A DNA stretch of 64,000 bases, taken from the NCBI RefSeq assembly GCF_009914755.1, contig NC_060948.1. One strand, given 5' to 3'. The stretch comes from the human T2T-CHM13v2.0 reference genome, Homo sapiens. Position 1 is the first letter of the stretch, and the number at the start of each line of letters is the position of its first letter. This document shows positions 11,273 to 25,558 of the stretch, in pieces. The notes below the pieces were generated by a model. It was not told the DNA's origin. It worked only from the letters and a program-made list of their open reading frames with translations, and made no database searches. A program made the translations under genes and the position numbers.

Positions 11273-14200
11273 GGCCTGGAATAAAGTGGAATGCTACGGT
11301 CTCGAATGGAATAAAAATGTATGGAATGGAATGCAATGAAACGGAATCGAATGTCATAGAATGTAATGGAATGCAAAAAAATGGAATCCAAAATCATTGA
11401 CTGGAAAGGCTGGGTGTCGAAAGGAATTGACTCCAATGGAATGGAATCGAATGGAATGGAAGTGAATAGAATCGAACTAAATCGAATGGAATGGAATTGA
11501 TAGGAACGGAATGGAAAGGAATGCAATGATTTGGTATGGAATGGAATCGAATGGCATCGAATGGAATGGAATGGAATGCAATGGAATGGAATGTATTAGA
11601 ATGTAATGAACTTTAATGGAATGTACTCGAATGGATTCGACTGGAATGGAATGTTCTGGAAGTGAATGGACTCCAATGGAATGGATTCAAAAGGAATGGA
11701 ATCGTACGGAATGGAATCTAATGGAATGCAATTAAATGGAAATGAATCAAATTGAATAGCACGGAATTGAATTGAATGGAATGGAATGCAATGGAATCTA
11801 ATGAAACGGAAAGGAAAGGAATGGAATGGAATGGAATGGGCTGGAATGGAAAGGAATCGAAACGAATGGAATGGAATCGAACTGAAGAGACTGGAATGGA
11901 ATGCACTGGAATGGAAGGGAGTGTAATGGAAGGTTGTCGAAAAAAATGGAATCGAATGGAATGGAATTGAATGGAACGGAATAGAGTCGAATGGAATTGA
12001 ATGGAATGGAATGGACTAGAGTGAAATGGAATCGAACCACAAGGAATGGACAGGAATAGAATGGTCTCGAATTGAATGGAATCGTATGGAATGGCATCAA
12101 ACGGAATGGAATGGACAGCCACGGAATGGAATGCACTCGAATGCAATGGAGTCGAAACTAATGGACTGGAATAGAATGGACTCGACTGGTACGGACTCCA
12201 ATGGAATGGAATCGAATGGAAGGGAATCGAACGGAAGGGAATCGAACGGAATGGACTCGAAGGGAAAAGACTGCAATGGAAAGGTCTCGAATGGAATGGA
12301 AATTAATGGAATGGAATGGAATCGAATGAAATGGAGTCAAAAGGAATGGAATCGAATGGCAAGAAATCTAATGTAATGGAATCGCCAGGAATTGATGTGA
12401 ACGGAACGGAATGGAATGGAATCCAAAGGAATGGAATAGAATGGAATGGAATCGAATGGAAAGGACTCGAATGGAAATCACTCGAATAGAATGCAATTTA
12501 ATAAAATAGGATCAAATGTAATGGAATGGAATGGAAAGGAATTGAAACGAAATGAATGGAGACAGATGGAATGGAATGGAACAGAGAGCAATGGTATAGA
12601 ATGGAATGGAATCATCTGGAATGGAATTGAATGGAATGGAATAATATGAAATGGAATGGAATGGAATGGAATGGAATGCCCTTGAATTAAATGGACTGGA
12701 ATGGAATGGACTCAAACAGAGTGGAATGGAAAGTGTGGAGATAGAATGGAATGAACTCCTTTGGAATGGTGTAGTATGCAATGCAATCGACTGGCAGGGA
12801 ATCAAAAGGAATGTAATCGAATGGATTGGACTGGAATGCAATGGACTCGAATAGATTGGAAACGGAATGCAAAGGAATGGAATGGAATAGTATGGAATGC
12901 AATGGAAGGGAATGGAGTGGAATAGACTAGAGTGGAATGGAATGGACTGGAAAGCAATGGACTGGAATGGAACTTTCTTGTATGGACTGGAATCAAACGG
13001 AATGGAATGCAATGCAATCAAATGGCATGGAATAAAATAGAATGAAAGAGAATCAAATGGAATTGAATCGAATGGAATCGAATGGATTGGAAAGGAATAG
13101 AATGGAATGGAATGGAATTGACTCAAATGGAATGGACTAGAATGGAATGGATTCGAATGGAAGGCAAAGGAATGGAATCTATTGGAATGGACTGTAATGG
13201 AATGGAATGGAAGGGATTCGAATGGACTCGAATGGAATGGACTGCAATAGAAAGGATTCGAATGGAATGAAAAAGAATTGAATGGAATAGAACAGAATGG
13301 AATCAAATCGAATGAAATGGAATGGAATAGAAAGGAATGGAATGAAATGGAATGGAAAGGATTCGAATGGAATGCAATCGAATGGAATGGAATCGAACGG
13401 AATGGAATAAAATGGAAGAAAACTGGCAAGAAATGGAATCGAAATGAATGGAGTGTTATGGAACGGACTCAAAAGGAATTGAATGTAATAGAATGGAGTG
13501 GAGTGGACTCGAATATAATGGACTGGAATGGAATGAAATCACATGGAATGGGAACGAATGGAATGGAATGGAAAGGAATGGAATCGAATGGAAAGGAATC
13601 GAATGGAAGGAAATGAAATTGAATCAACACGAATGGAAGGGAATAGAATAGACTGTAATGGAATGGACTCGAATAGAATGGACACGAATGCTCAAATTAA
13701 ATGGACTCGAATGGAATGGAAACGAAAGGAATGTCATCGAATGGAATTGAATCGATTGGAATGAAATCGCATAGAATGGAGTGGAATCAAATGGAATTGA
13801 ATCGAAAGGAAAGGAAGCGAATGGACTGAAATGAAATGGAATGGAATTGAATGGAAAGTAATGCAATGGAATAGAATGGAACGAAATTTCACGGAATGGA
13901 ATCAAACTGAATGGAATCAAATCAATGGAATCAAATCAAATGGAATGGAAAGGAATTGAATGGAGTAGATGGGATTGGATGGGATTGGAATGAAATGTAC
14001 TGGAAAGGACTCGAATTTCATGAAACGGAATGGAATGAATTGGAACGGAATGGACTCGAATGGAATGGAATGTCATGGGATGGCATCAAATGGAATGGCA
14101 TCAAATGGAATGGAATCGAATGCAATGGAATGCTATGGAATGGAATGGAATGCATTGGAATGGAATGTCCTCTAATGGAATGGATTCGAGTGGAATGGAA

Positions 14201-14841
14201 TTGAATATAATGGAGTCGAATGAAATGGAATTGAAAGGAATGGGATCGAATACAATGGAATATACTGGAATGTAACGTAATGAACTCGAATGTAATTGAC
14301 TGGAATGGAATGTACATGAATGGAATGTAATCGAATGGAAAGTAATCCAATGGAATAGAATCTAATGCAATAAAATCGACTCAGATAGAGTAGAATGTAA
14401 TGGAATGGAGTGCAGTGCAATGGAATGGAATGGAATGCAATGGAATGGAATGGAATGGAATGGAATGGAATGGAATGGGATGGAATGGTATGGAATGGAT
14501 AGTAATAGACTGGAGTGAAATGGACTGGAAAGGAATGGACTCAAATTGAAAGGGCTCGAAAGGAATGGAGTCAAATGGAATGGTCTGGAATGGAATGAAC
14601 ACGAATGTAATGCAACCCAATAGAATGGAATCGAATGGCATGGAATATAAAGAAATGGAATCGAAGAGAATGGAAACAAATGGAATGGAATTGAATGGAA
14701 TGGAATTGAATGGAATGGGAACGAATGGAGTGAAATTGTATGCAGTAGAAGAGAATAGAATGGAATGCAAGCGAAAGGAAAGGAATGGATTGGAATGGAA
14801 TGGAATTCATTGGAATGGAAGGGAATGTAGTGTAATGGACA
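11273..14841 (+). repeat. DYZ1 unit H4 (3,569 bp)
   Basis: GGCC 11273 to 14842. Confidence 0.93.
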
Positions 14842-17800
14842 GGCCTGGAATAAAGTGGAATGCTACGGTCTCGAATGGAATAAAAATGTATGGAATGGAA
14901 TGCAATGAAACGGAATCGAATGTCATAGAATGTAATGGAATGCAAAAAAATGGAATCCAAAATCATTGACTGGAAAGGCTGGGTGTCGAAAGGAATTGAC
15001 TCCAATGGAATGGAATCGAATGGAATGGAAGTGAATAGAATCGAACTAAATCGAATGGAATGGAATTGATAGGAACGGAATGGAAAAGAATGCAATGATT
15101 TGGCATGGAATGGAATCGAATGGCATCGAATGGAATGGAATGGAATGCAATGGAATGGAATGTATTAGAATGGAATGAACTTTAATGGAATGTACTCGAA
15201 TGGATTCGACTGGAATGGAATGTTCTGGAAGTGAATGGACTCCAATGGAATGGATTCAAAAGGAATGGAATCGTACGGAATGGAATCTAATGGAATGGAA
15301 TTAAATGGAAATGAATCAAATTGAATAGCACGGAATTGAATTGAATGGAATGGAATGCAATGGAATCTAATGAAACGGAAAGGAAAGGAATGGAATGGAA
15401 TGGAATGGGCTGGAATGGAAAGGAATCGAAACGAATGGAATGGAATCGAACTGAAGAGACTGGAATGGAATGCACTGGAATGGAAGGGAGTGTAATGGAA
15501 GGTTGTCGAAAAAAATGGAATCGAATGGAATGGAATTGAATGGAACGGAATAGAGTCGAATGGAATTGAATGGAATGGAATGGACTAGAGTGAAATGGAA
15601 TCGAACCACAAGGAATGGACAGGAATAGAATGGTCTCGAATTGAATGGAATCGTATGGAATGGCATCAAACGGAATGGAATGGACAGCCACGGAATGGAA
15701 TGCACTCGAATGCAATGGAGTCAAAACTAATGGACTGGAATAGAATGGACTCGACTGGTACGGACTCCAATGGAATGGAATCGAATGGAAGGGAATCGAA
15801 CGGAAGGGAATCGAACGGAATGGACTCGAAGGGAAAAGACTGCAATGGAAAGGTCTCGAATGGAATGGAAATTAATGGAATGGAATGGAATCGAATGAAA
15901 TGGAGTCAAAAGGAATGGAATCGAATGGCAAGAAATCGAATGTAATGGAATCGCCAGGAATTGATGTGAACGGAACGGAATGGAATGGAATCCAAAGGAA
16001 TGGAATAGAATGGAATGGAATCGAATGGAAAGGACTCGAATGGAAATCACTCGAATAGAATGCAATTTAATAAAATAGGATCAAATGTAATGGAATGGAA
16101 TGGAAAGGAATCGAAACGAAAGGAATGGAGACAGATGGAATGGAATGGAACAGAGAGCAATGGTATAGAACGGAATGGAATCATCTGGAATGGAATTGAA
16201 TGGAATGGAATAATATGAAATGGAATGGAATGGAATGGAATGGAATGCCCTTGAATTAAATGGACTGGAATGGAATGGACTCAAACAGAGTGGAATGGAA
16301 AGTGTGGAGATAGAATGGAATGAACTCCTTTGGAATGGTGTAGTATGCAATGCAATCGACTGGCAGGGAATCAAAAGGAATGTAATCGAATGGATTGGAC
16401 TGGAATGCAATGGACTCGAATAGATTGGAAACGGAATGCAAAGGAATGGAATGGAATAGTATGGAATGCAATGGAAGGGAATGGAGTGGAATAGACTAGA
16501 GTGGAATGGAATGGACTGGAAAGCAATGGACTGGAATGGAACTTTCTTGGATGGACTGGAATCAAACGGAATGGAATGCAATGCAATCAAATGGCATGGA
16601 ATAAATTAGAATGAAAGAGAATCAAATGGAATTGAATCGAATGGAATCGAATGGATTGGAAAGGAATAGAATGGAATGGAATGGAATTGACTCAAATGGA
16701 ATGGACTAGAATGGAATGGATTCGAATGGAAGGCAAAGGAATGGAATCTATTGGAATGGACTGTAATGGAATGGAATGGAAGGGATTGGAATGGACTCGA
16801 ATGGAATGGACTGCAATAGAAAGGATTCGAATGGAATGAAAAAGAATTGAATGGAATAGAACAGAATGGAATCAAATCGAATGAAATGGAATGGAATAGA
16901 AAGGAATGGAATGAAATGGAATGGAAAGGATTCGAATGGAATGCAATCGAATGGAATGGAATCGAACGGAATGGAATAAAATGGAAGAAAACTGGCAAGA
17001 AATGGAATCGAAATGAATGGAGTGTTATGGAACGGACTCAAAAGGAATTGAATGTAATAGAATGGAGTGGAGTGGACTCGAATATAATGGACTGGAATGG
17101 AATGAAATCACATGGAATGGGAACGAATGGAATGGAATGGAAAGGAATGGAATCGAATGGAAAGGAATCGAATGGAAGGGAATGAAATTGAATCAACACG
17201 AATGGAAGGGAATAGAATAGACTGTAATGGAATGGACTCGAATAGAATGGACACGAATGCTCAAATTAAATGGACTCGAATGGAATGGAAACGAAAGGAA
17301 TGTCATCGAATGGAATTGAATCAATTGGAATGAAATCGCATAGAATGGAGTGGAATCAAATGGAATTGAATCGAAAGGAAAGGAAGCGAATGGACTGAAA
17401 TGAAATGGAATGGAATTGAATGGAAAGTAATGCAATGGAATAGAATGGAACGAAATTTCACGGAATGGAATCAAACTGAATGGAATCAAATCAATGGAAT
17501 CAAATCAAATGGAATGGAAAGGAATTGAATGGAGTAGATGGGATTGGATGGGATTGGAATGAAATGTACTGGAAAGGACTCGAATTTCATGAAACGGAAT
17601 GGAATGAATTGGAACGGAATGGACTCGAATGGAATGGAATGTCATGGGATGGCATCAAATGGAATGGCATCAAATGGAATGGAATCGAATGCAATGGAAT
17701 GCTATGGAATGGAATGGAATGCATTGGAATGGAATGTCCTCTAATGGAATGGATTCGAGTGGAATGGAATTGAATATAATGGAGTCGAATGAAATGGAAT

Positions 17801-18420
17801 TGAAAGGAATGGGATCGAATACAATGGAATATACTGGAATGTAACGTAATGAACTCGAATGTAATTGACTGGAATGGAATGTACATGAATGGAATGTAAT
17901 CGAATGGAAAGTAATCCAATGGAATAGATTCTAATGCAATAAAATCGACTCAGATAGAGTAGAATGTAATGGAATGGAGTGCAGTGCAATGGAATGGAAT
18001 GGAATGGAATGCAATGGAATGGAATGGAATGGAATGGAATGGAATGGAATGGAATGGGATGGAATCGTATGGAATGGATAGTAATGGACTGGAGTGAAAT
18101 GGACTGGAAAGGAATGGACTCAAATTGAAAGGGCTCGAAAGGAATGGAGTCAAATGGAATGGTCTGGAATGGAATGAACACGAATGTAATGCAACCCAAT
18201 AGAATGGAATCGAATGGCATGGAATATAAAGAAATGGAATCGAAGAGAATGGAAACAAAGGGAATGGAATTGAATGGAATGGAATTGAATGGAATGGGAA
18301 CGAATGGAGTGAAATTGTATGCAGTAGAAGAGAATAGAATGGAATGCAAGCGAAAGGAAAGGAATGGATTGGAATGGAATGGAATTCATTGGAATGGAAG
18401 GGAATGTAGTGTAATGGACA
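14842..18420 (+). repeat. DYZ1 unit H5 (3,579 bp)
   Basis: GGCC 14842 to 18421. Confidence 0.93.
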
Positions 18421-21400
18421 GGCCTGGAATAAAGTGGAATGCTACGGTCTCGAATGGAATAAAAATGTATGGAATGGAATGCAATGAAACGGAATCGAAT
18501 GTCATAGAATGTAATGGAATGCAAAAAAATGGAATCCAAAATCATTGACTGGAAAGGCTGGGTGTCGAAAGGAATTGACTCCAATGGAATGGAATCGAAT
18601 GGAATGGAAGTGAATAGAATCGAACTAAATCGAATGGAATGGAATTGATAGGAACGGAATGGAAAGGAATGCAATGATTTGGCATGGAATGGAATCGAAT
18701 GGCATCGAATGGAATGGAATGGAATGCAATGGAATGGAATGTATTAGAATGTAATGAACTTTAATGGAATGTACTCGAATGGATTCGACTGGAATGGAAT
18801 GTTCTGGAAGTGAATGGACTCCAATGGAATGGATTCAAAAGGAATGGAATCGTACGGAATGGAATCTAATGGAATGGAATTAAATGGAAATGAATCAAAT
18901 TGAATAGCACGGAATTGAATTGAATGGAATGGAATGCAATGGAATCTAATGAAACGGAAAGGAAAGGAATGGAATGGAATGGAATGGGCTGGAATGGAAA
19001 GGAATCGAAACGAATGGAATGGAATCGAACTGAAGAGACTGGAATGGAATGCACTGGAATGGAAGGGAGTGTAATGGAAGGTTGTCGAAAAAAATGGAAT
19101 CGAATGGAATGGAATTGAATGGAACGGAATAGAGTCGAATGGAATTGAATGGAATGGAATGGACTAGAGTGAAATGGAATCGAACCACAAGGAATGGACA
19201 GGAATAGAATGGTCTCGAATTGAATGGAATCGTATGGAATGGCATCAAACGGAATGGAATGGACAGCCACGGAATGGAATGCACTCGAATGCAATGGAGT
19301 CGAAACTAATGGACTGGAATAGAATGGACTCGACTGGTACGGACTCCAATGGAATGGAATCGAATGGACGGGAATCGAACGGAAGGGAATCGAACGGAAT
19401 GGACTCGAAGGGAAAAGACTGCAATGGAAAGGTCTCGAATGGAATGGAAATTAATGGAATGGAATGGAATCGAATGAAATGGAGTCAAAAGGAATGGAAT
19501 CGAATGGCAAGAAATCGAATGTAATGGAATCGCCAGGAATTGATGTGAACGGAACGGAATGGAATGGAATCCAAAGGAATGGAATAGAATGGAATGGAAT
19601 CGAATGGAAAGGACTCGAATGGAAATCACTCGAATAGAATGCAATTTAATAAAATAGGATCAAATGTAATGGAATGGAATGGAAAGGAATCGAAACGAAA
19701 GGAATGGAGACAGATGGAATGGAATGGAACAGAGAGCAATGGTATAGAATGGAATGGAATCATCTGGAATGGAATTGAATGGAATGGAATAATATGAAAT
19801 GGAATGGAATGGAATGGAATGGAATGCCCTTGAATTAAATGGACTGGAATGGAATGGACTCAAACAGAGTGGAATGGAAAGTGTGGAGATAGAATGGAAT
19901 GAACTCCTTTGGAATGGTGTAGTATGCAATGCAATCGACTGGCAGGGAATCAAAAGGAATGTAATCGAATGGATTGGACTGGAATGCAATGGACTCGAAT
20001 AGATTGGAAACGGAATGCAAAGGAATGGAATGGAATAGTATGGAATGCAATGGAAGGGAATGGAGTGGAATAGACTAGAGTGGAATGGAATGGACTGGAA
20101 AGCAATGGACTGGAATGGAACTTTCTTGGATGGACTGGAATCAAACGGAATGGAATGCAGTGCAATCAAATGGCATGGAATAAAATAGAATGAAAGAGAA
20201 TCAAATGGAATTGAATCGAATGGAATCGAATGGATTGGAAAGGAATAGAATGGAATGGAATGGAATTGACTCAAATGGAATGGACTAGAATGGAATGGAT
20301 TCGAATGGAAGGCAAAGGAATGGAATCTATTGGAATGGACTGTAATGGAATGGAATGGAAGGGATTGGAATGGACTCGAATGGAATGGACTGCAATAGAA
20401 AGGATTCGAATGGAATGAAAAAGAATTGAATGGAATAGAACAGAATGGAATCAAATCGAATGAAATGGAATGGAATAGAAAGGAATGGAATGAAATGGAA
20501 TGGAAAGGATTCGAATGGAATGCAATCGAATGGAATGGAATCGAACGGAATGGAATAAAATGGAAGAAAACTGGCAAGAAATGGAATCGAAATGAATGGA
20601 GTGTTATGGAACGGACTCAAAAGGAATTGAATGTAATAGAATGGAGTGGAGTGGACTCGAATATAATGGACTGGAATGGAATGAAATCACATGGAATGGG
20701 AACGAATGGAATGGAATGGAAAGGAATGGAATCGAATGGAAAGGAATCGAATGGAAGGGAATGAAATTGAATCAACAGGAATGGAAGGGAATAGAATAGA
20801 CTGTAATGGAATGGACTCGAATAGAATGGACACGAAAGCTCAAATTAAATGGACTCGAATGGAATGGAAACGAAAGGAATGTCATCGAATGGAATTGAAT
20901 CGATTGGAATGAAATCGCTTAGAATGGAGTGGAATCAAATGGAATTGAATCGAAAGGAAAGGAAGCGAATGGACTGAAATGAAATGGAATGGAATTGAAT
21001 GGAAAGTAATGCAATGGAATAGAATGGAACGAAATTTCACGGAATGGAATCAAACTGAATGGAATCAAATCAATGGAATCAAATCAAATGGAATGGAAAG
21101 GAATTGAATGGAGTAGATGGGATTGGATGGGATTGGAATGAAATGTACTGGAAAGGACTCGAATTTCATGAAACGGAATGGAATGAATTGGAACGGAATG
21201 GACTCGAATGGAATGGAATGTCATGGGATGGCATCAAATGGAATGGCATCAAATGGAATGGAATCGAATGCAATGGAATGCTATGGAATGGAATGGAATG
21301 CATTGGAATGGAATGTCCTCTAATGGAATGGATTCGAGTGGAATGGAATTGAATATAATGGAGTCGAATGAAATGGAATTGAAAGGAATGGGATCGAATA

Positions 21401-21999
21401 CAATGGAATATACTGGAATGTAACGTAATGAACTCGAATGTAATTGACTGGAATGGAATGTACATGAATGGAATGTAATCGAATGGAAAGTAATCCAATG
21501 GAATAGATTCTAATGCAATAAAATCGACTCAGATAGAGTAGAATGTAATGGAATGGAGTGCAGTGCAATGGAATGGAATGGAATGGAATGCAATGGAATG
21601 GAATGGAATGGAATGGAATGGAATGGAATGGAATGGGATGGAATCGTATGGAATGGATAGTAATGGACTGGAGTGAAATGGACTGGAAAGGAATGGACTC
21701 AAATTGAAAGGGCTCGAAAGGAATGGAGTCAAATGGAATGGTCTGGAATGGAATGAACACGAATGTAATGCAACCCAATAGAATGGAATCGAATGGCATG
21801 GAATATAAAGAAATGGAATCGAAGAGAATGGAAACAAAGGGAATGGAATTGAATGGAATGGAATTGAATGGAATGGGAACGAATGGAGTGAAATTGTATG
21901 CAGTAGAAGAGAATAGAATGGAATGCAAGCGAAAGGAAAGGAATGGATTGGAATGGAATGGAATTCATTGGAATGGAAGGGAATGTAGTGTAATGGACA
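18421..21999 (+). repeat. DYZ1 unit H6 (3,579 bp)
   Basis: GGCC 18421 to 22000. Confidence 0.93.
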
Positions 22000-24900
22000 G
22001 GCCTGGAATAAAGTGGAATGCTACGGTCTCGAATGGAATAAAAATGTATGGAATGGAATGCAATGAAACGGAATCGAATGTCATAGAATGTAATGGAATG
22101 CAAAAAAATGGAATCCAAAATCATTGACTGGAAAGGCTGGGTGTCGAAAGGAATTGACTCCAATGGAATGGAATCGAATGGAATGGAAGTGAATAGAATC
22201 GAACTAAATCGAATGGAATGGAATTGATAGGAACGGAATGGAAAGGAATGCAATGATTTGGCATGGAATGGAATCGAATGGCATCGAATGGAATGGAATG
22301 GAATGCAATGGAATGGAATGTATTAGAATGTAATGAACTTTAATGGAATGTACTCGAATGGATTCGACTGGAATGGAATGTTCTGGAAGTGAATGGACTC
22401 CAATGGAATGGATTCAAAAGGAATGGAATCGTACGGAATGGAATCTAATGGAATGGAATTAAATGGAAATGAATCAAATTGAATAGCACGGAATTGAATT
22501 GAATGGAATGGAATGCAATGGAATCTAATGAAACGGAAAGGAAAGGAATGGAATGGAATGGAATGGGCTGGAATGGAAAGGAATCGAAACGAATGGAATG
22601 GAATCGAACTGAAGAGACTGGAATGGAATGCACTGGAATGGAAGGGAGTGTAATGGAAGGTTGTCGAAAAAAATGGAATCGAATGGAATGGAATTGAATG
22701 GAACGGAATAGAGTCGAATGGAATTGAATGGAATGGAATGGAGTAGAGTGAAATGGAATCGAACCACAAGGAATGGACAGGAATAGAATGGTCTCGAATT
22801 GAATGGAATCGTATGGAATGGCATCAAACGGAATGGAATGGACAGCCACGGAATGGAATGCACTCGAATGCAATGGAGTCGAAACTAATGGACTGGAATA
22901 GAATGGACTCGACTGGTACGGACTCCAATGGAATGGAATCGAATGGACGGGAATCGAACGGAAGGGAATCGAACGGAATGGACTCGAAGGGAAAAGACTG
23001 CAATGGAAAGGTCTCGAATGGAATGGAAATTAATGGAATGGAATGGAATCGAATGAAATGGAGTCAAAAGGAATGGAATCGAATGGCAAGAAATCGAATG
23101 TAATGGAATCGCCAGGAATTGATGTGAACGGAACGGAATGGAATGGAATCCAAAGGAATGGAATAGAATGGAATGGAATCGAATGGAAAGGACTCGAATG
23201 GAAATCACTCGAATAGAATGCAATTTAATAAAATAGGATCAAATGTAATGGAATGGAATGGAAAGGAATCGAAACGAAAGGAATGGAGACAGATGGAATG
23301 GAATGGAACAGAGAGCAATGGTATAGAATGGAATGGAATCATCTGGAATGGAATTGAATGGAATGGAATAATATGAAATGGAATGGAATGGAATGGAATG
23401 GAATGCCCTTGAATTAAATGGACTGGAATGGAATGGACTCAAACAGAGTGGAATGGAAAGTGTGGAGATAGAATGGAATGAACTCCTTTGGAATGGTGTA
23501 GTATGCAATGCAATCGACTGGCAGGGAATCAAAAGGAATGTAATCGAATGGATTGGACTGGAATGCAATGGACTCGAATAGATTGGAAACGGAATGCAAA
23601 GGAATGGAATGGAATAGTATGGAATGCAATGGAAGGGAATGGAGTGGAATAGACTAGAGTGGAATGGAATGGACTGGAAAGCAATGGACTGGAATGGAAC
23701 TTTCTTGGATGGACTGGAATCAAACGGAATGGAATGCAGTGCAATCAAATGGCATGGAATAAAATAGAATGAAAGAGAATCAAATGGAATTGAATCGAAT
23801 GGAATCGAATGGATTGGAAAGGAATAGAATGGAATGGAATGGAATTGACTCAAATGGAATGGACTAGAATGGAATGGATTCGAATGGAAGGCAAAGGAAT
23901 GGAATCTATTGGAATGGACTGTAATGGAATGGAATGGAAGGGATTGGAATGGACTCGAATGGAATGGACTGCAATAGAAAGGATTCGAATGGAATGAAAA
24001 AGAATTGAATGGAATAGAACAGAATGGAATCAAATCGAATGAAATGGAATGGAATAGAAAGGAATGGAATGAAATGGAATGGAAAGGATTCGAATGGAAT
24101 GCAATCGAATGGAATGGAATCGAACGGAATGGAATAAAATGGAAGAAAACTGGCAAGAAATGGAATCGAAATGAATGGAGTGTTATGGAACGGACTCAAA
24201 AGGAATTGAATGTAATAGAATGGAGTGGAGTGGACTCGAATATAATGGACTGGAATGGAATGAAATCACATGGAATGGGAACGAATGGAATGGAATGGAA
24301 AGGAATGGAATCGAATGGAAAGGAATCGAATGGAAGGGAATGAAATTGAATCAACAGGAATGGAAGGGAATAGAATAGACTGTAATGGAATGGACTCGAA
24401 TAGAATGGACACGAAAGCTCAAATTAAATGGACTCGAATGGAATGGAAACGAAAGGAATGTCATCGAATGGAATTGAATCGATTGGAATGAAATCGCTTA
24501 GAATGGAGTGGAATCAAATGGAATTGAATCGAAAGGAAAGGAAGCGAATGGACTGAAATGAAATGGAATGGAATTGAATGGAAAGTAATGCAATGGAATA
24601 GAATGGAACGAAATTTCACGGAATGGAATCAAACTGAATGGAATCAAATCAATGGAATCAAATCAAATGGAATGGAAAGGAATTGAATGGAGTAGATGGG
24701 ATTGGATGGGATTGGAATGAAATGTACTGGAAAGGACTCGAATTTCATGAAACGGAATGGAATGAATTGGAACGGAATGGACTCGAATGGAATGGAATGT
24801 CATGGGATGGCATCAAATGGAATGGCATCAAATGGAATGGAATCGAATGCAATGGAATGCTATGGAATGGAATGGAATGCATTGGAATGGAATGTCCTCT

Positions 24901-25558
24901 AATGGAATGGATTCGAGTGGAATGGAATTGAATATAATGGAGTCGAATGAAATGGAATTGAAAGGAATGGGATCGAATACAATGGAATATACTGGAATGT
25001 AACGTAATGAACTCGAATGTAATTGACTGGAATGGAATGTACATGAATGGAATGTAATCGAATGGAAAGTAATCCAATGGAATAGAATCTAATGCAATAA
25101 AATCGACTCAGATAGAGTAGAATGTAATGGAATGGAGTGCAGTGCAATGGAATGGAATGGAATGGAATGCAATGGAATGGAATGGAATGGAATGGAATGG
25201 AATGGTATGGAATGGATAGTAATAGACTGGAGTGAAATGGACTGGAAAGGAATGGACTCAAATTGAAAGGGCTCGAAAGGAATGGAGTCAAATGGAATGG
25301 TCTGGAATGGAATGAACACGAATGTAATGCAACCCAATAGAATGGAATCGAATGGCATGGAATATAAAGAAATGGAATCGAAGAGAATGGAAACAAAGGG
25401 AATGGAATTGAATGGAATGGAATTGAATGGAATGGGAACGAATGGAGTGAAATTGTATGCAGTAGAAGAGAATAGAATGGAATGCAAGCGAAAGGAAAGG
25501 AATGGATTGGAATGGAATGGAATTCATTGGAATGGAAGGGAATGTAGTGTAATGGACA
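22000..25558 (+). repeat. DYZ1 unit H7 (3,559 bp)
   Basis: GGCC 22000 to 25559. Confidence 0.93.
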
